Shown one piece after another: positions 51,659 through 61,919 of a DNA stretch of 64,000 nt. The stretch spans positions 2,356,001 to 2,420,000 of the forward strand of contig UYFQ01000001.1 of NCBI GenBank assembly GCA_900617105.1. The letters are read 5' to 3'. Numbering within the stretch: position 1 is the first letter of the stretch; every line of letters begins with the position of its first letter. The notes beneath the pieces were generated by a model. The model saw only the letters and a list, made by a program, of their open reading frames with translations, was not told the DNA's origin and made no database searches. Origin of the DNA: Hydrurus foetidus (lineage: Eukaryota). Position numbers and translations under genes: made by a program.

Positions 51659-52291
51659 TCAGCCAGCCTTGAGCAATTGTTTGATGTCGCCGACCAGCCC
51701 TTCAATACCGCTGCCGTATCGGTTGTAGAGCCGCAAGTTGCCCCGTGTGTCAAACACGTAGCTGCCAGCCGAGTGGTCCATGCTGTAGCTGGTTGCGCTG
51801 CGCCCTTCAACCTTTTTGTAATACACCTTGAAGTCTTTTGCCACGCCAGGTAATTGCTCTAACGTGGGGCGCAGCGCCACAAACGTGGGGTCAAAGTTCA
51901 GCATGTAGGCCTTCAGCACCTCTAGCGTGTCGCGCTCGGGGTCGACGCTAATAAAAATGCCTTGCAGCCTGGCACCATCAGCGCCAAGTTTTTTCTTGAT
52001 GTCTGCCAGCTCGCTCATCGACGTGGGGCACACATCAGGACACTGGGTAAAGCCGAAAAATACCACCACAATCTTGCCGGCAAAGTCCTTTAAAGTGCGC
52101 AACTGGCCGTTTTGGTCGGTCAGTGAAAAGCCTTTGGCGTAATCAGCGCCAGTCAGGTCAATGCTCTTGAACTGCAGCTTTTCTTCTGGTGAACAGGCAC
52201 TGATTGATGCCAAAACCAAGGAATAACCGGCGCAAGTAGCTATTGATTTAATAGCAAACTGACGTCGCGATAAAACTGCGTTGGAATGCAT
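51659..52291 (-). CDS. SCO1/SenC family copper chaperone (lipoprotein)
   Basis: FGFTQCPDVCP, SVDPERD and MDHSAG motifs. Confidence 0.93.
   Translation of the reverse strand: MHSNAVLSRRQFAIKSIATCAGYSLVLASISACSPEEKLQFKSIDLTGADYAKGFSLTDQNGQLRTLKDFAGKIVVVFFGFTQCPDVCPTSMSELADIKKKLGADGARLQGIFISVDPERDTLEVLKAYMLNFDPTFVALRPTLEQLPGVAKDFKVYYKKVEGRSATSYSMDHSAGSYVFDTRGNLRLYNRYGSGIEGLVGDIKQLLKAG
52215..52256 (+). repeat. Family A repeat inside the SCO signal peptide
   Basis: ccaaggaataaccggcgcaagtagctattgatttaatagca encodes AIKSIATCAGYSL. Confidence 0.65.
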
Positions 52292-52297
52292 GGCAAC

Positions 52298-53209
52298 CTA
52301 AATGAGGTAATGATCAATCAGCAGCGCGGCGAAAAGCGCGGTCAAATGAATAAGTGAAAATCGAAATGTCTTGCGAGCTAGTGCATCTGAATAGTTGCGC
52401 CACAGCCGAAAGGCGTACCAACTGAAACCCGCACTTAAAACCACAGCCACAGCCAAATAAAGCCAGCCGCTCATCTGAAAAACAAAGGGCATCAGGCAAG
52501 CCGGAAACAGCACCAGCGTGTACAAAAACACCTGCAAACGGGTGAACTCATTGCCATGCGTGACCGGCAGCATGGGCAAGCCTGCCTTGCGATAGTCTTC
52601 AACCCGGTACAGTGCTAGCGCCCAAAAATGCGGCGGTGTCCATAAGAAAATAATCAGGAAAAGGATCAGCGCCTCTGGCCCCACGTTGCCGGTCATGGCG
52701 GCCCAGCCCAGCACCGGCGGCATGGCACCCGACGCCCCGCCGATCACAATATTTTGCGGGGTCAAAGGCTTGAGAATGACCGTGTAAATCACCGCATAAC
52801 CCACAAAGGTGGCAAAAGTCAGCCACATCGTCAAGGGGTTGACCCACACGTACAAAATAACAGAGCCCAGTGCACAAAGTGCAGCTGAAAAAGCCAGCGT
52901 GACGCCGCTGCTGATTTGCCCTTGCGCTGTGGCGCGCATAGCGGTGCGCTTCATGCGCGAATCAATGCCCTGCTCTACCAGGCAGTTAAAGGCAGCCGCC
53001 GCGCCTGCCACCAGCCAAATACCCATGCAGGCAATCAGCCCCAATTTCAAATCTGCCAAGCTTGGCACGCCTGGCACAGCCAGCACCATTCCAATCAACG
53101 CGCAAAACACAATCAATTGCACCACGCGCGGCTTGGTCAGCGTGTAAAACTGCCTGAACTTGGAAGGGACATAGCCCGCTAGCGCGGCTGTGGTGGGTGC
53201 GGTACTCAT
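52298..53209 (-). CDS. cyoE: Heme o synthase (protoheme IX farnesyltransferase)
   Basis: LTKPRV, D..MKRT..R, QNIVIGG and [10 protein letters not shown] motifs. Confidence 0.95.
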   Translation of the reverse strand: MSTAPTTAALAGYVPSKFRQFYTLTKPRVVQLIVFCALIGMVLAVPGVPSLADLKLGLIACMGIWLVAGAAAAFNCLVEQGIDSRMKRTAMRATAQGQISSGVTLAFSAALCALGSVILYVWVNPLTMWLTFATFVGYAVIYTVILKPLTPQNIVIGGASGAMPPVLGWAAMTGNVGPEALILFLIIFLWTPPHFWALALYRVEDYRKAGLPMLPVTHGNEFTRLQVFLYTLVLFPACLMPFVFQMSGWLYLAVAVVLSAGFSWYAFRLWRNYSDALARKTFRFSLIHLTALFAALLIDHYLI

Positions 53210-54357
53210 ACAACCAGTATTTTCCCACGCTGGCCGGATGCGTTGCTGAGGGTTGCGGCTCTGAAACTGATCGCCACCGCGCCCGTGAGTGTCACCACCA
53301 GCGCGGCTGCACCGGCCGTGTGCAGCACGGCAGCGGCGAGTGGCCAGCCTAACCAGACATTACCCAAACCGGTAAGCATTTGAAAAATAGCCAAGCCCGC
53401 AAGCCATTTGCCTGACGAGCGCATCGCTTCAATTCGGTACAACTTGACTGCCACTATTAAGAGCGCAGCAAATACCAGGTAAGCACTCAAGCGGTGAACA
53501 TAATGAATCGCGGTCAGCGCCTGAAAGCTCAGGTTGTCACCATTCAGCCCAGCGCCCAGCTCGCGCCATAAGGTAAAGCCTTCACGAAAATTCATGGCGG
53601 GCCACATCGAGTTTTGGCAGCTTGGAAAATCGGTACAGGCCATGACTGCGTAGTTGGTGCTGACCCAGCCACCCAGCGCAATTTGCAGCCACAGCAATAC
53701 AAACGTTGCCAGCAGCCAGGCGCGTGTGCCGCTGGGTAAAGAGATCATGGGCGGCGCAGCGGCTGATTGCGCGTAACGAACGCTTTGAACCTTCAACAGC
53801 GCAAGCAGTGCTATGCCGCCCAACAAGTGCAAAGTAACAATCGCAGGAAACAATTTCATGGTGACCGTAAGCGCTCCAAAAGCGCCTTGCAGACAAACCC
53901 AAACCAGTGTGAAGGTAGGCCACCAAGGCGAGATTTGCGCTCGCCGCCGCTCAAGCCAGCTGGTCACGGCCAGCGTCAAAATCAGCACACCGACGCCAGT
54001 GGCCAGATAGCGGTGAATCATTTCAATCCAGGCTTTGGGGTGCGTGACGGGCCCGGTTGGCATGGCGCTTTGTGCAGAATTAATCTGCAATTGCGCACCA
54101 ATCGGGCTGGCGTGGCCGTAGCAGCCGGGCCAGTCGGGGCAACCCAGCCCTGAATCAGTCAGGCGCGTAAATGCGCCAAAGATGACTAAATCGAAGGTTA
54201 AAAACAAGGTGACCCAAGTCAGCATGCGCAAGCGCTGAGTAACCGGGGAGCGCCTGCTTTTTAGCCACACCCAGGCCAGTGGGCCGCCCGCCACCAGCAC
54301 GCCCATGATCATCAGGCGCAGCACGGGGCTCAGGTCGTAAAGTGCGGTCTCAGCCAT
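53206..54357 (-). CDS. COX15/CtaA heme A synthase family
   Basis: [21 protein letters not shown] and HYVHR motifs. Confidence 0.92.
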   Translation of the reverse strand: MAETALYDLSPVLRLMIMGVLVAGGPLAWVWLKSRRSPVTQRLRMLTWVTLFLTFDLVIFGAFTRLTDSGLGCPDWPGCYGHASPIGAQLQINSAQSAMPTGPVTHPKAWIEMIHRYLATGVGVLILTLAVTSWLERRRAQISPWWPTFTLVWVCLQGAFGALTVTMKLFPAIVTLHLLGGIALLALLKVQSVRYAQSAAAPPMISLPSGTRAWLLATFVLLWLQIALGGWVSTNYAVMACTDFPSCQNSMWPAMNFREGFTLWRELGAGLNGDNLSFQALTAIHYVHRLSAYLVFAALLIVAVKLYRIEAMRSSGKWLAGLAIFQMLTGLGNVWLGWPLAAAVLHTAGAAALVVTLTGAVAISFRAATLSNASGQRGKILVV

Positions 54358-54362
54358 CGCGT

Positions 54363-55061
54363 TCAGCGGCCCTCTGTGTCCCAGCTGCCTGATGCGCGCA
54401 GCAGGCGATCTAAGTCTCGCTTGGCCTTGGCCGCGCCAGCGGCGTCCATGTTGGCGGGAAACCGCATCATCAAATTGCCCAACGGATCGACGACAAAAAG
54501 ATGATCTTCAAGCCGCTGGCCCGGGGCGGGCGGCAACCACTGCGCAAGTTGGTCTGCAGGCACGCGAAGCGGCGTGAAATCTGCCAGTGCGGGCCGCAGG
54601 CGCTCATCAATTGGTCCACCATCAGTAATTAGCCAAACGCGATCTAATCGGCCTTTTTCTTTGCCCAGTGCTTCTTTGAGCTGGCGCTGAAAATACAGCC
54701 GCTGCTGGCAAGCCGCGTCACAACCGGCGTTAGCCACCGAGATCAGCAACCACTGCTTTTTCAGCGCAGTCAAATCGCCGACTTTGCCTTGCAGGTCAAC
54801 CGTGGCCATAGCGGGCAACGAGCGTTGCGGCGTGATCAGCTCACCAAAGTTGCGTCGCCCCTCAGGCCGAAAAACGTAATAAGTCAGGTAGGACGCGATC
54901 ACCGGTGACGCGCAAACCAGCAGCACGGCAATCATCTTCCAGCGGCCGCTGGTGGTGGTGCGCACATCGCCCTTGCCGGGCACGGGCAGTGCGTGAACTG
55001 TCAGGCCAAGCGGCTCGTCTTGGCTTGGGCCAGCGGTAGCGATAGGGGGAATATTTGACAT
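54363..55061 (-). CDS. Membrane-anchored thioredoxin/SCO-like cox-cluster protein
   Basis: TM segment; CDAAC and VDPLGNLMMRF motifs; cox cluster context. Confidence 0.8.
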   Translation of the reverse strand: MSNIPPIATAGPSQDEPLGLTVHALPVPGKGDVRTTTSGRWKMIAVLLVCASPVIASYLTYYVFRPEGRRNFGELITPQRSLPAMATVDLQGKVGDLTALKKQWLLISVANAGCDAACQQRLYFQRQLKEALGKEKGRLDRVWLITDGGPIDERLRPALADFTPLRVPADQLAQWLPPAPGQRLEDHLFVVDPLGNLMMRFPANMDAAGAAKAKRDLDRLLRASGSWDTEGR

Positions 55062-55067
55062 GAACGA

Positions 55068-55814
55068 TTACTTCAAAAGCGGCAAGTTTTTGCGCTTGAT
55101 GCGCCACGGATTGATCAGCTGAAACCACACATACAGACCCACCACCAGAGCACACAACGCAAACCACTGGAAGGCATAGCCGTAGTGTTTGTCAGTGCCA
55201 GACTTGGGCTGGGCCCAGTCCCGCAGCAGGCCTTCGTTGGCGACGCCGGTTTGCACCATGGACACGTTTAACAAGGCCAAGCCCGTTTCGCGGCTGAATG
55301 AAACGACATCAAGATTTTGCCGCAAGCGCCCTTTTTCTTCAGATTTGAACTCGTATAGCTTGGATGGCGGGGGGGCGATACGGCCGCGAACCGTTACAGG
55401 CCCAGTTGGCGTTTGAATGTCGGGCAGCTTGCTTCGGTCTGCAAAGTTGCGCTGCACCCAGCCGCGTTGAACCAAAATAATTTGCCCACTGCCGTCCAGC
55501 ACCAGCGGCGTAACCGCTATAAAACCAGGCTTGTCGTTCATTTGCCGATTGTCTAAAAATACCGTGTGTTCGGCCCGCCACAGCCCTTTGAGAGTGGCTT
55601 GCCGGTGAACAGCATCTTGCAAATCAGTAAACGCGGCCAAGTCTTGAGCCTTAAGTATTGGCAGGTTGCCCTGCGCTTCAATTGCATACTGCAGATTTGA
55701 TTTTTGCGCAGCGCGGCGCAATTGCCACTGCCCCAGCGAAAACGTGGACGCCGCTACCACCACCGCAGCCAGCGACAGCACCCAAAACCTTGCTTTCGGC
55801 GAAAGTGCAGCCAT
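55068..55814 (-). CDS. SURF1 family protein
   Basis: LGQWQLRRA, VQRGWV and HYGYAFQWF motifs. Confidence 0.92.
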   Translation of the reverse strand: MAALSPKARFWVLSLAAVVVAASTFSLGQWQLRRAAQKSNLQYAIEAQGNLPILKAQDLAAFTDLQDAVHRQATLKGLWRAEHTVFLDNRQMNDKPGFIAVTPLVLDGSGQIILVQRGWVQRNFADRSKLPDIQTPTGPVTVRGRIAPPPSKLYEFKSEEKGRLRQNLDVVSFSRETGLALLNVSMVQTGVANEGLLRDWAQPKSGTDKHYGYAFQWFALCALVVGLYVWFQLINPWRIKRKNLPLLK

Positions 55815-55832
55815 CAGTTGATAATTCCCAGC

Positions 55833-56054
55833 ATGACGTATTTTGTAGCAATTGCTTTTTTAGCCATCATTGGCAGTTTGGGTGCAGCTCTGTTTTTCAT
55901 GTTGAAGGACGGCACCAACGGCAAATCCAAAACAAGCAACATGGCACGGGCGCTAGCGTTTCGAATTGGGCTGTCGGTGCTGCTGTTTGTTTGCATTTTG
56001 ACCGCCTGGAAGCTGGGCTATATTCAGCCAACTGGGTTGCCGCTTAGCAAGTAG
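55833..56054 (+). CDS. Twin transmembrane helix small protein (DUF2909/HIG1-like)
   Basis: SLGAALFFM...MARALAFRIGLS...GYIQPTG. Confidence 0.85.
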   Translation: MTYFVAIAFLAIIGSLGAALFFMLKDGTNGKSKTSNMARALAFRIGLSVLLFVCILTAWKLGYIQPTGLPLSK

Positions 56055-56120
56055 ACCCACAACTCAAAAACAATGGCCGCACAATGCGGCCTTTATTGAT
56101 GGGCGTTGGCGCAAATTTGC

Positions 56121-57014
56121 TTAAAGCCAGTACACCAGGATGTAAAGGCCCAACCACACGACGTCAACAAAGTGCCAGTACCAGGCTGCGCCTTCAAAAC
56201 CAAAATGCTTGTCAGCCGTAAAGTGGCCTTTTTGCAAACGCAGCGTGATGAAGAGCAACATCAACATGCCGACAAACACGTGAAAACCGTGAAACCCGGT
56301 CAACATGTAAAACGTTGAGCCGTACACGCCGGAATTAAGTTTGAGGTTCAGGTCAGAGTAAAGGTGAAAGTACTCATAGCCTTGCACGCACAAGAAAGTA
56401 ACGCCCAGCAGTACAGTTAGCCACATGAAGCCGATGGTGCGCGCACGGTGCCCTTCACGCAGCGCATGGTGGGCAATCGTCATGGTGACGCCAGACGTCA
56501 GCAGCAGCGCGGTGTTGATGGTGGGCAACCAGAAAGGCCCAACGGTTTGGAACGGCTCAACAATATCTGCAGGCGATGCAGTTTGGCCCACGCCGGTAGA
56601 CGGCCAAGCCGCTTTGAAGTCAGGCCACAGCAACGAGTTTTCCAGGCCGCCGAGTTCAGGCACTGAATGCATACGCGCCCACCACAGCGCCGTGAAAAAC
56701 GCGCCGAAAAACATCACTTCGGAAAAAATGAACCAGCTCATGCTCCAGCGAAAAGATAAATCGATTTTGTAGCCGTACAAGCCGCCTTCGCTTTCGCGCA
56801 CTGCCTCGCTGAACCACAAAAACAGCGTGCCGAGCCAAATCACCATGCCAAGTGCCAAGCTGTAAGGGCCCCACGCAGCGCCGTTTATCCAGTACGCAGC
56901 GCCCAGCATGACAAACAGCAAGCCCAACGCGGCCATGGCAGGGTGGCTCGACGGGGCGGGCACAAAGTAATGCGGGGGATTTTTTAACCCAACTGCGGGT
57001 GACGCTGACGACAT
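56121..57014 (-). CDS. ctaE: Cytochrome c oxidase subunit III
   Basis: FIFSEVMFF, TGFHGFHV and WYWHFVDVVW motifs. Confidence 0.95.
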   Translation of the reverse strand: MSSASPAVGLKNPPHYFVPAPSSHPAMAALGLLFVMLGAAYWINGAAWGPYSLALGMVIWLGTLFLWFSEAVRESEGGLYGYKIDLSFRWSMSWFIFSEVMFFGAFFTALWWARMHSVPELGGLENSLLWPDFKAAWPSTGVGQTASPADIVEPFQTVGPFWLPTINTALLLTSGVTMTIAHHALREGHRARTIGFMWLTVLLGVTFLCVQGYEYFHLYSDLNLKLNSGVYGSTFYMLTGFHGFHVFVGMLMLLFITLRLQKGHFTADKHFGFEGAAWYWHFVDVVWLGLYILVYWL

Positions 57015-57112
57015 TTCAAACTCCTGTGAACTCTAGCTTTTAACTTCTAACTTCTAACTTTTAACTTCTCAATAACTAACCGGCGGCTTCTGCTCGCGTG
57101 GTCAGTTGAATC

Positions 57113-57322
57113 TTATTTACTGACAGCCCAGTTGGCGAGCAAAATCAGGCCGCCAACAAAGCCACCACACACAATCAGACCAATCACGACAATGTGCACC
57201 GGGTTGAGCTGTTCAACGTCTTTTTTGTAGTCGCCCCGCGCTCGCAACCCGACAAACGACCACAACACCGCTTTAGCAGTTCGCAAAATTGAGCCCTTGC
57301 GCTTATGCGGTGGCTGGTTCAT
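57113..57322 (-). CDS. DUF2970-family small membrane protein
   Basis: KAVLWSFVGLR...D...LNPVHIVVIG. Confidence 0.82.
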   Translation of the reverse strand: MNQPPHKRKGSILRTAKAVLWSFVGLRARGDYKKDVEQLNPVHIVVIGLIVCGGFVGGLILLANWAVSK

Positions 57323-57930
57323 CCAGGTTTGCCTATCAGGCTAATCGGCTGGCTGACCGCTACTGAGCTCTTGGGCGCTGCGGGGGTTTTGCCACCCACC
57401 TCAAAAAACGTGTACGAAAGCGTGATCGTCGTGACGTCTTTCGACAGCTTGGGATCAATCACAAACGCCACAGGCCACTGCTTTTTTTCGCCCGGTGCCA
57501 GCGTGTATTGGTTAAAGCAAAAGCACTCCATCTTGTTGAAGTGCGCTGCTGCCTGCGACGGCGCATAGCTTGGAATGGCCTGCGCAGACATGGTGCGGTT
57601 TTGTGTGTTCTGAAACTCGTACATCACGGTGGCCATTTCGCCCGGATGCACCTGAAGCGTATTGACGTCTGGTTTGAAGTGCCAAGGCCCACGGGCGTTG
57701 GCATCAAACTCAACGGTGATCAGTCGGGACTTGTCAACTTGCGTGTTGGCGCTGGGTTTTTGCTCTGCGCCAGACAACTTTTGTTCAGCGAGCGCCAACA
57801 CATTGAGGCCCGTCATTTCGCAAATGGCGCGGTACAGCGGCACCAGCGCGTAACCAAAAGCAGACATGGCCACCACAATGATGGCCAGCTTGACTACCAT
57901 TTTCGAGTTTTCGCGCTGTAGTCGAATCAC
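57319..57930 (-). CDS. ctaG: Cytochrome c oxidase assembly protein CtaG/Cox11
   Basis: VPLYRAICEMTG, KMECFCF and TLSYTFF motifs. Confidence 0.94.
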   Translation of the reverse strand: MIRLQRENSKMVVKLAIIVVAMSAFGYALVPLYRAICEMTGLNVLALAEQKLSGAEQKPSANTQVDKSRLITVEFDANARGPWHFKPDVNTLQVHPGEMATVMYEFQNTQNRTMSAQAIPSYAPSQAAAHFNKMECFCFNQYTLAPGEKKQWPVAFVIDPKLSKDVTTITLSYTFFEVGGKTPAAPKSSVAVSQPISLIGKPG

Positions 57931-57966
57931 GTGTATTTCACCAAGCTGTGCGTGAATGCAGCCAAT

Positions 57967-58077
57967 TCAACGTCCGAAAAAAACTGATTTCGCCATGAAC
58001 CCGACAAAAAACACGAGCACCACTGAGGCCAACGTTAGCGCCAGCTTCAGGTTGCTTTTCTTTTGTTCGGGGGTCAT
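57967..58077 (-). CDS. 36-aa cytochrome oxidase-associated small membrane protein (absent from the ORF track)
   Basis: MTPEQKKSNLKLALTLASVVLVFFVGFMAKSVFFGR*, between ctaD and ctaG. Confidence 0.8.
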   Translation of the reverse strand: MTPEQKKSNLKLALTLASVVLVFFVGFMAKSVFFGR

Positions 58078-58100
58078 GGTGATGCCAGATAAAAGTTGGA

Positions 58101-59744
58101 TTAACCGATGACTTTAGTCGCGCTGGCATCCAGACGCGGCGGTGTCTCGTAGGTGTGAAACGGTGCAGGTGACGGAACTTCCCACTCCAGGCCCTCAGCG
58201 CCCTTGCCGCCCTCGTCAACCCATGGGTTAGCTTTGGCAGGTGCGCCCCGGCCGCGCATGGCAGGCCACACGACAAAGGCAAAGAAATAGACCTGCGCGA
58301 AGCCAAAGAAAAATGCCCCCACGCTGGCAATCGCATTGAAGTCTGCAAACTGCATTGGGTAGTCAGCGTAGCGACGCGGCATACCGGCCAAGCCCAAAAA
58401 GTGCATGGGAAAGAAGGTGACGTTGAACGAAATCAGCGACCACCAAAAGTGAATTTTGCCGCGGGTTTCGCTGTACATCACGCCAGTCCACTTGGGCGAC
58501 CAGTAGTAGTACCCGGCAAACATCGCGTAGAGCGAACCTGCAACCAGCACATAGTGGAAGTGGGCCACCACGTAATAAGTGTCGTGCAGCTGAATGTCGA
58601 TGGGTGCCACCGACAAGATCATGCCGGTCAAGCCGCCCATCGTGAACACGAAAATAAAACCTACCGCAAACAACATGGGTGTTTCAAAAGTCATCGAGCC
58701 CTTCCACATGGTCGCAATCCAGTTAAAGATTTTCACGCCAGTAGGCACGGCAATCAACATCGTTGAGTACATGAAAAACAGCTGGCCGGTAACCGGCATG
58801 CCGCTGGTGAACATGTGGTGGGCCCACACAACAAAGCTCAAAATCGCGATTGAACCGGTGGCATACACCATCGATGCGTAGCCAAACAAACGCTTGCGCG
58901 AAAACGCTGGAATGATCTGGCTGATGATGCCGAATGCCGGCAAGATCATGATGTACACCTCGGGGTGGCCAAAGAACCAGAAGATGTGCTGGTACATCAC
59001 TGGGTCGCCGCCGCCTGCGGGGTTAAAAAAGCTGGTACCGAAGTGGCGGTCAGTCAGGGTCATGGTGATGGCGCCTGCCAACACAGGCATCACGGCAATC
59101 AACAGGTACGCGGTGATCAACCAGGTCCAGCAGAACATCGGCATCTTCATCAGCGTCATGCCAGGGGCGCGCATGTTCAAAATGGTCACAATGATGTTGA
59201 TGGAACCCATGATGGACGACGCACCCAACAAGTGCAGCGCAAAAATACTGGTGTCCATTGACGGACCCATTTGCAGCGTCAGCGGCGCGTAAAGCGTCCA
59301 GCCAGTTGCAGGTGCGCCGCCAGGCATGAAAAACGAAGCGCCGAGCAGCAAAGCCGCGGGGATCATCAGCCAAAAACTGAAGTTATTCAAGCGCGCAAAA
59401 GCCATGTCAGCCGCACCAATTTGCAGCGGAATCATCCAGTTCGCAAAACCCACAAACGCCGGCATGATGGCGCCGAACACCATGATCAGCCCATGCATGG
59501 TGGTGAGCTGGTTAAACAGCTCCGGATTAATCAGTTGCAGCCCCGGCTGAAACAGCTCAGCCCGAATGCCCAGAGCCAATACGCCGCCGAACATCAAATT
59601 AAAAAAGGCAAACAGCAAATACAGCGTGCCGATGTCTTTGTGGTTGGTGGCAAACACCCACCGGCGCCAGCCTACTGGCGCGCCATGGTCATGGTGATCA
59701 TCGTGGGCATGCCCGTGGTTGTGGGGGTCTAGTACGGCACTCAT
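58101..59744 (-). CDS. ctaD: Cytochrome c oxidase subunit I (A1 type)
   Basis: NHKDIG, GHPEVY, WAHHMF, HFHYV and GMPRRY motifs. Confidence 0.98.
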   Translation of the reverse strand: MSAVLDPHNHGHAHDDHHDHGAPVGWRRWVFATNHKDIGTLYLLFAFFNLMFGGVLALGIRAELFQPGLQLINPELFNQLTTMHGLIMVFGAIMPAFVGFANWMIPLQIGAADMAFARLNNFSFWLMIPAALLLGASFFMPGGAPATGWTLYAPLTLQMGPSMDTSIFALHLLGASSIMGSINIIVTILNMRAPGMTLMKMPMFCWTWLITAYLLIAVMPVLAGAITMTLTDRHFGTSFFNPAGGGDPVMYQHIFWFFGHPEVYIMILPAFGIISQIIPAFSRKRLFGYASMVYATGSIAILSFVVWAHHMFTSGMPVTGQLFFMYSTMLIAVPTGVKIFNWIATMWKGSMTFETPMLFAVGFIFVFTMGGLTGMILSVAPIDIQLHDTYYVVAHFHYVLVAGSLYAMFAGYYYWSPKWTGVMYSETRGKIHFWWSLISFNVTFFPMHFLGLAGMPRRYADYPMQFADFNAIASVGAFFFGFAQVYFFAFVVWPAMRGRGAPAKANPWVDEGGKGAEGLEWEVPSPAPFHTYETPPRLDASATKVIG

Positions 59745-59850
59745 TTTTTACTTCCTTCGACTCTTGGCGGCTGACGGTATGGTCACGCGCTTTGAAAACT
59801 TAAAACTTAAAACTTGACGAACGACTGCGAGAGGTCTTTCCCCGGCGGTC

Positions 59851-61086
59851 TTACTTGCGTGCAGCCAGCAGTTCAGCGGGCTGTACGGTCTGACCAGTTT
59901 GGTTAGACCAATTGTTTTTGGTGTAGCTGATGACAGCAGCCAAATCGGTGTCGCTTAACGCTTTCCACGCAGGCATGGCGCCGTTATTGGCACCGTTGAG
60001 CAAAATAGCGATTTGCTTGGCATGGTCGGCGTCCAGCACCACGGCAGAACCGTCGAGCGCCTTGATCGCGCCGCCGCCCTTGCCCGTGGTTTGGTGGCAA
60101 GCCACGCAATTGGTCGCGTACACCTTTTCGCCGCGTGTTTTCAAGTCAGCCAGCGTCCAGACTTTTGCCGGATCATCTGCTTTGGCAGCCATTTCTTTGT
60201 TTTTGCCTGACACCCAAGCGGTGTAGTCTTGCGCAGACACCACTTTGACGTGAATGGGCATGTAGGAGTGCTCCTTGCCACACAACTTGGAGCACTGGCC
60301 GTAAAAGTCACCGACTTTTTCGGCCTTAAACCAGGTGTCGCGAACAAAGCCGGGAATAGCGTCTTGGTTAATGCCAAAAGACGGCACCATAAACGCGTGA
60401 ATCACGTCGTTGGCGGTAGTGATAATGCGAATTTTTTTACCGACTGGCACGACCAGCGGGTGATCAACCTTGAGCAAATAGTCGTCAGTCGAATCGCCCG
60501 ATTTAGGCCCGCCGGTGTTTGACAGCACGCGCTGGCTGTTGTCTAGCGTTGAAAGCACCGCAATGCCTTCGCCCTCGCCTTTAATGTAGTCGTAGCCCCA
60601 CTTCCACTGCATGCCCGTGGCTTTGATGGTGAGCTCAGCGTTGGTGGTGTCTTTTTCTAACACCACAGCCCGCGTAGCTGGCAACGCCATGGCGATAACG
60701 ATCAAAAACGGGACGACTGTCCACGCGATTTCAACCGCGGTTGATTCGTGGAAATTGGCAGATTTGTGACCGACAGATTTGCGGTGCTTCAAGATGGAAT
60801 AAAACATCACGCCAAAAACGGCGACAAAAATAAATACGCAAATGCCCATCATGAACCAGTGCAGCCATGCCTGGTCTTCTGCCACTTTGGTCACAGCGGG
60901 GTGCAAGTTGTACTGCCTGACTGCTGGCCCGCCGGGCAAGTCACCCACGGCATAGGCTGCTGTAGATGCCCAAGCGGCCAAAAAGGCGCTAACCGACAAA
61001 AGCGAGCGCACAGCTTGCGCCGCGGTTGCCTTGATTTCGTCAAATGCTTTACTGATTACTTTGCCAAATGCTTTGCTGACGTACAT
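59851..61086 (-). CDS. ctaC: Cytochrome c oxidase subunit II with fused cytochrome c
   Basis: QWKWGY, DVIH, CuA CSKLCGKEHSYM and C-terminal CVACH; start codon uncertain. Confidence 0.94.
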   Translation of the reverse strand: MYVSKAFGKVISKAFDEIKATAAQAVRSLLSVSAFLAAWASTAAYAVGDLPGGPAVRQYNLHPAVTKVAEDQAWLHWFMMGICVFIFVAVFGVMFYSILKHRKSVGHKSANFHESTAVEIAWTVVPFLIVIAMALPATRAVVLEKDTTNAELTIKATGMQWKWGYDYIKGEGEGIAVLSTLDNSQRVLSNTGGPKSGDSTDDYLLKVDHPLVVPVGKKIRIITTANDVIHAFMVPSFGINQDAIPGFVRDTWFKAEKVGDFYGQCSKLCGKEHSYMPIHVKVVSAQDYTAWVSGKNKEMAAKADDPAKVWTLADLKTRGEKVYATNCVACHQTTGKGGGAIKALDGSAVVLDADHAKQIAILLNGANNGAMPAWKALSDTDLAAVISYTKNNWSNQTGQTVQPAELLAARK

Positions 61087-61251
61087 CGTGATCACTTTTA
61101 TTACTGCTACTGCGGTTACTTCTAATATCAAAACTGCCGAATGCCCAACCCGTGATTATAAAGTTTTGAATATGCCACTTTGCCAGCGCCGCCTTACAAA
61201 ACCCTGAAACCAGTCGCGAAAGTACCCTTTGGCCCCGTCCGACTGAGAAAT

Positions 61252-61773
61252 TCAGCAGCCGCGAAGCGCTCGGCGGATTTCGCGCGCCAGCGCGGGCCTG
61301 AGTTCAGGCCGCAAATGCCGCCCGACGTTGACCGATCGGCCCTGGCCAGACACTGCAATCAATGACCCATCACCGCTGATTGGCTCGACCCGCACCCATT
61401 CGCGGTTAAATTCGGCCCGCTCCAAGCGGCCAGCGGTTTCGAGTTCAACCACCAAGCGGGCGCCTTGCAGTGAAATTTTCTCGCCGTCTCTGGCGTGGCG
61501 TGCGTAAACCAAAAACGCCGTGCCCACCGCCAGCAACTCAGCCCAGGCAAACGGCATGACCAGCGTTGCGCCCTGAAACCAAAAAAACGTCGCAATACCA
61601 AGGGAAACCACGCAAAGCGACACGAACAGCGTCATCAGTTGGGCCGGTGTTACCGAACAGTTGCGTTTTAAAAGCCACTGCACGCCGCCTTCGGGGCGAG
61701 AGTCGGCTAAAGAAGTGGCAAAGCGATAACTCGGCGGAGGGGGCTGCGAATGCGTTGGGGACACGATGTGCAC
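61252..61773 (-). CDS. DUF2244 integral membrane protein
   Basis: WLLKRNCSVTP, two TM helices and VGRHLRPELRPALARE. Confidence 0.82.
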   Translation of the reverse strand: MHIVSPTHSQPPPPSYRFATSLADSRPEGGVQWLLKRNCSVTPAQLMTLFVSLCVVSLGIATFFWFQGATLVMPFAWAELLAVGTAFLVYARHARDGEKISLQGARLVVELETAGRLERAEFNREWVRVEPISGDGSLIAVSGQGRSVNVGRHLRPELRPALAREIRRALRGC

Positions 61774-61919
61774 TCAAAAATCAACAACTCAAAAACAAAC
61801 CGTTTATTGAGCTGGCTAATGCGTGGGAATATACCCGTGGGCGACTGTGCAAAGTATAGCGGCGTTTGGCTCTGGCCCCTACCGAAATGCCCCGCAAATC
61901 CACCCGCCAGGCAGGTACA

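Noticed and set aside
1618..60522. Numerous long antisense or alternate-frame ORFs in the track (e.g. 1618-2427, 9865-10608, 49318-50184)
   Set aside because: They overlap well-supported genes and are expected shadows of GC-rich codon usage.
61041..61080. 24-bp-period duplication in the ctaC N-terminus (SKAF x2)
   Set aside because: A local slippage duplication in a variable leader, unrelated to the repeat families.
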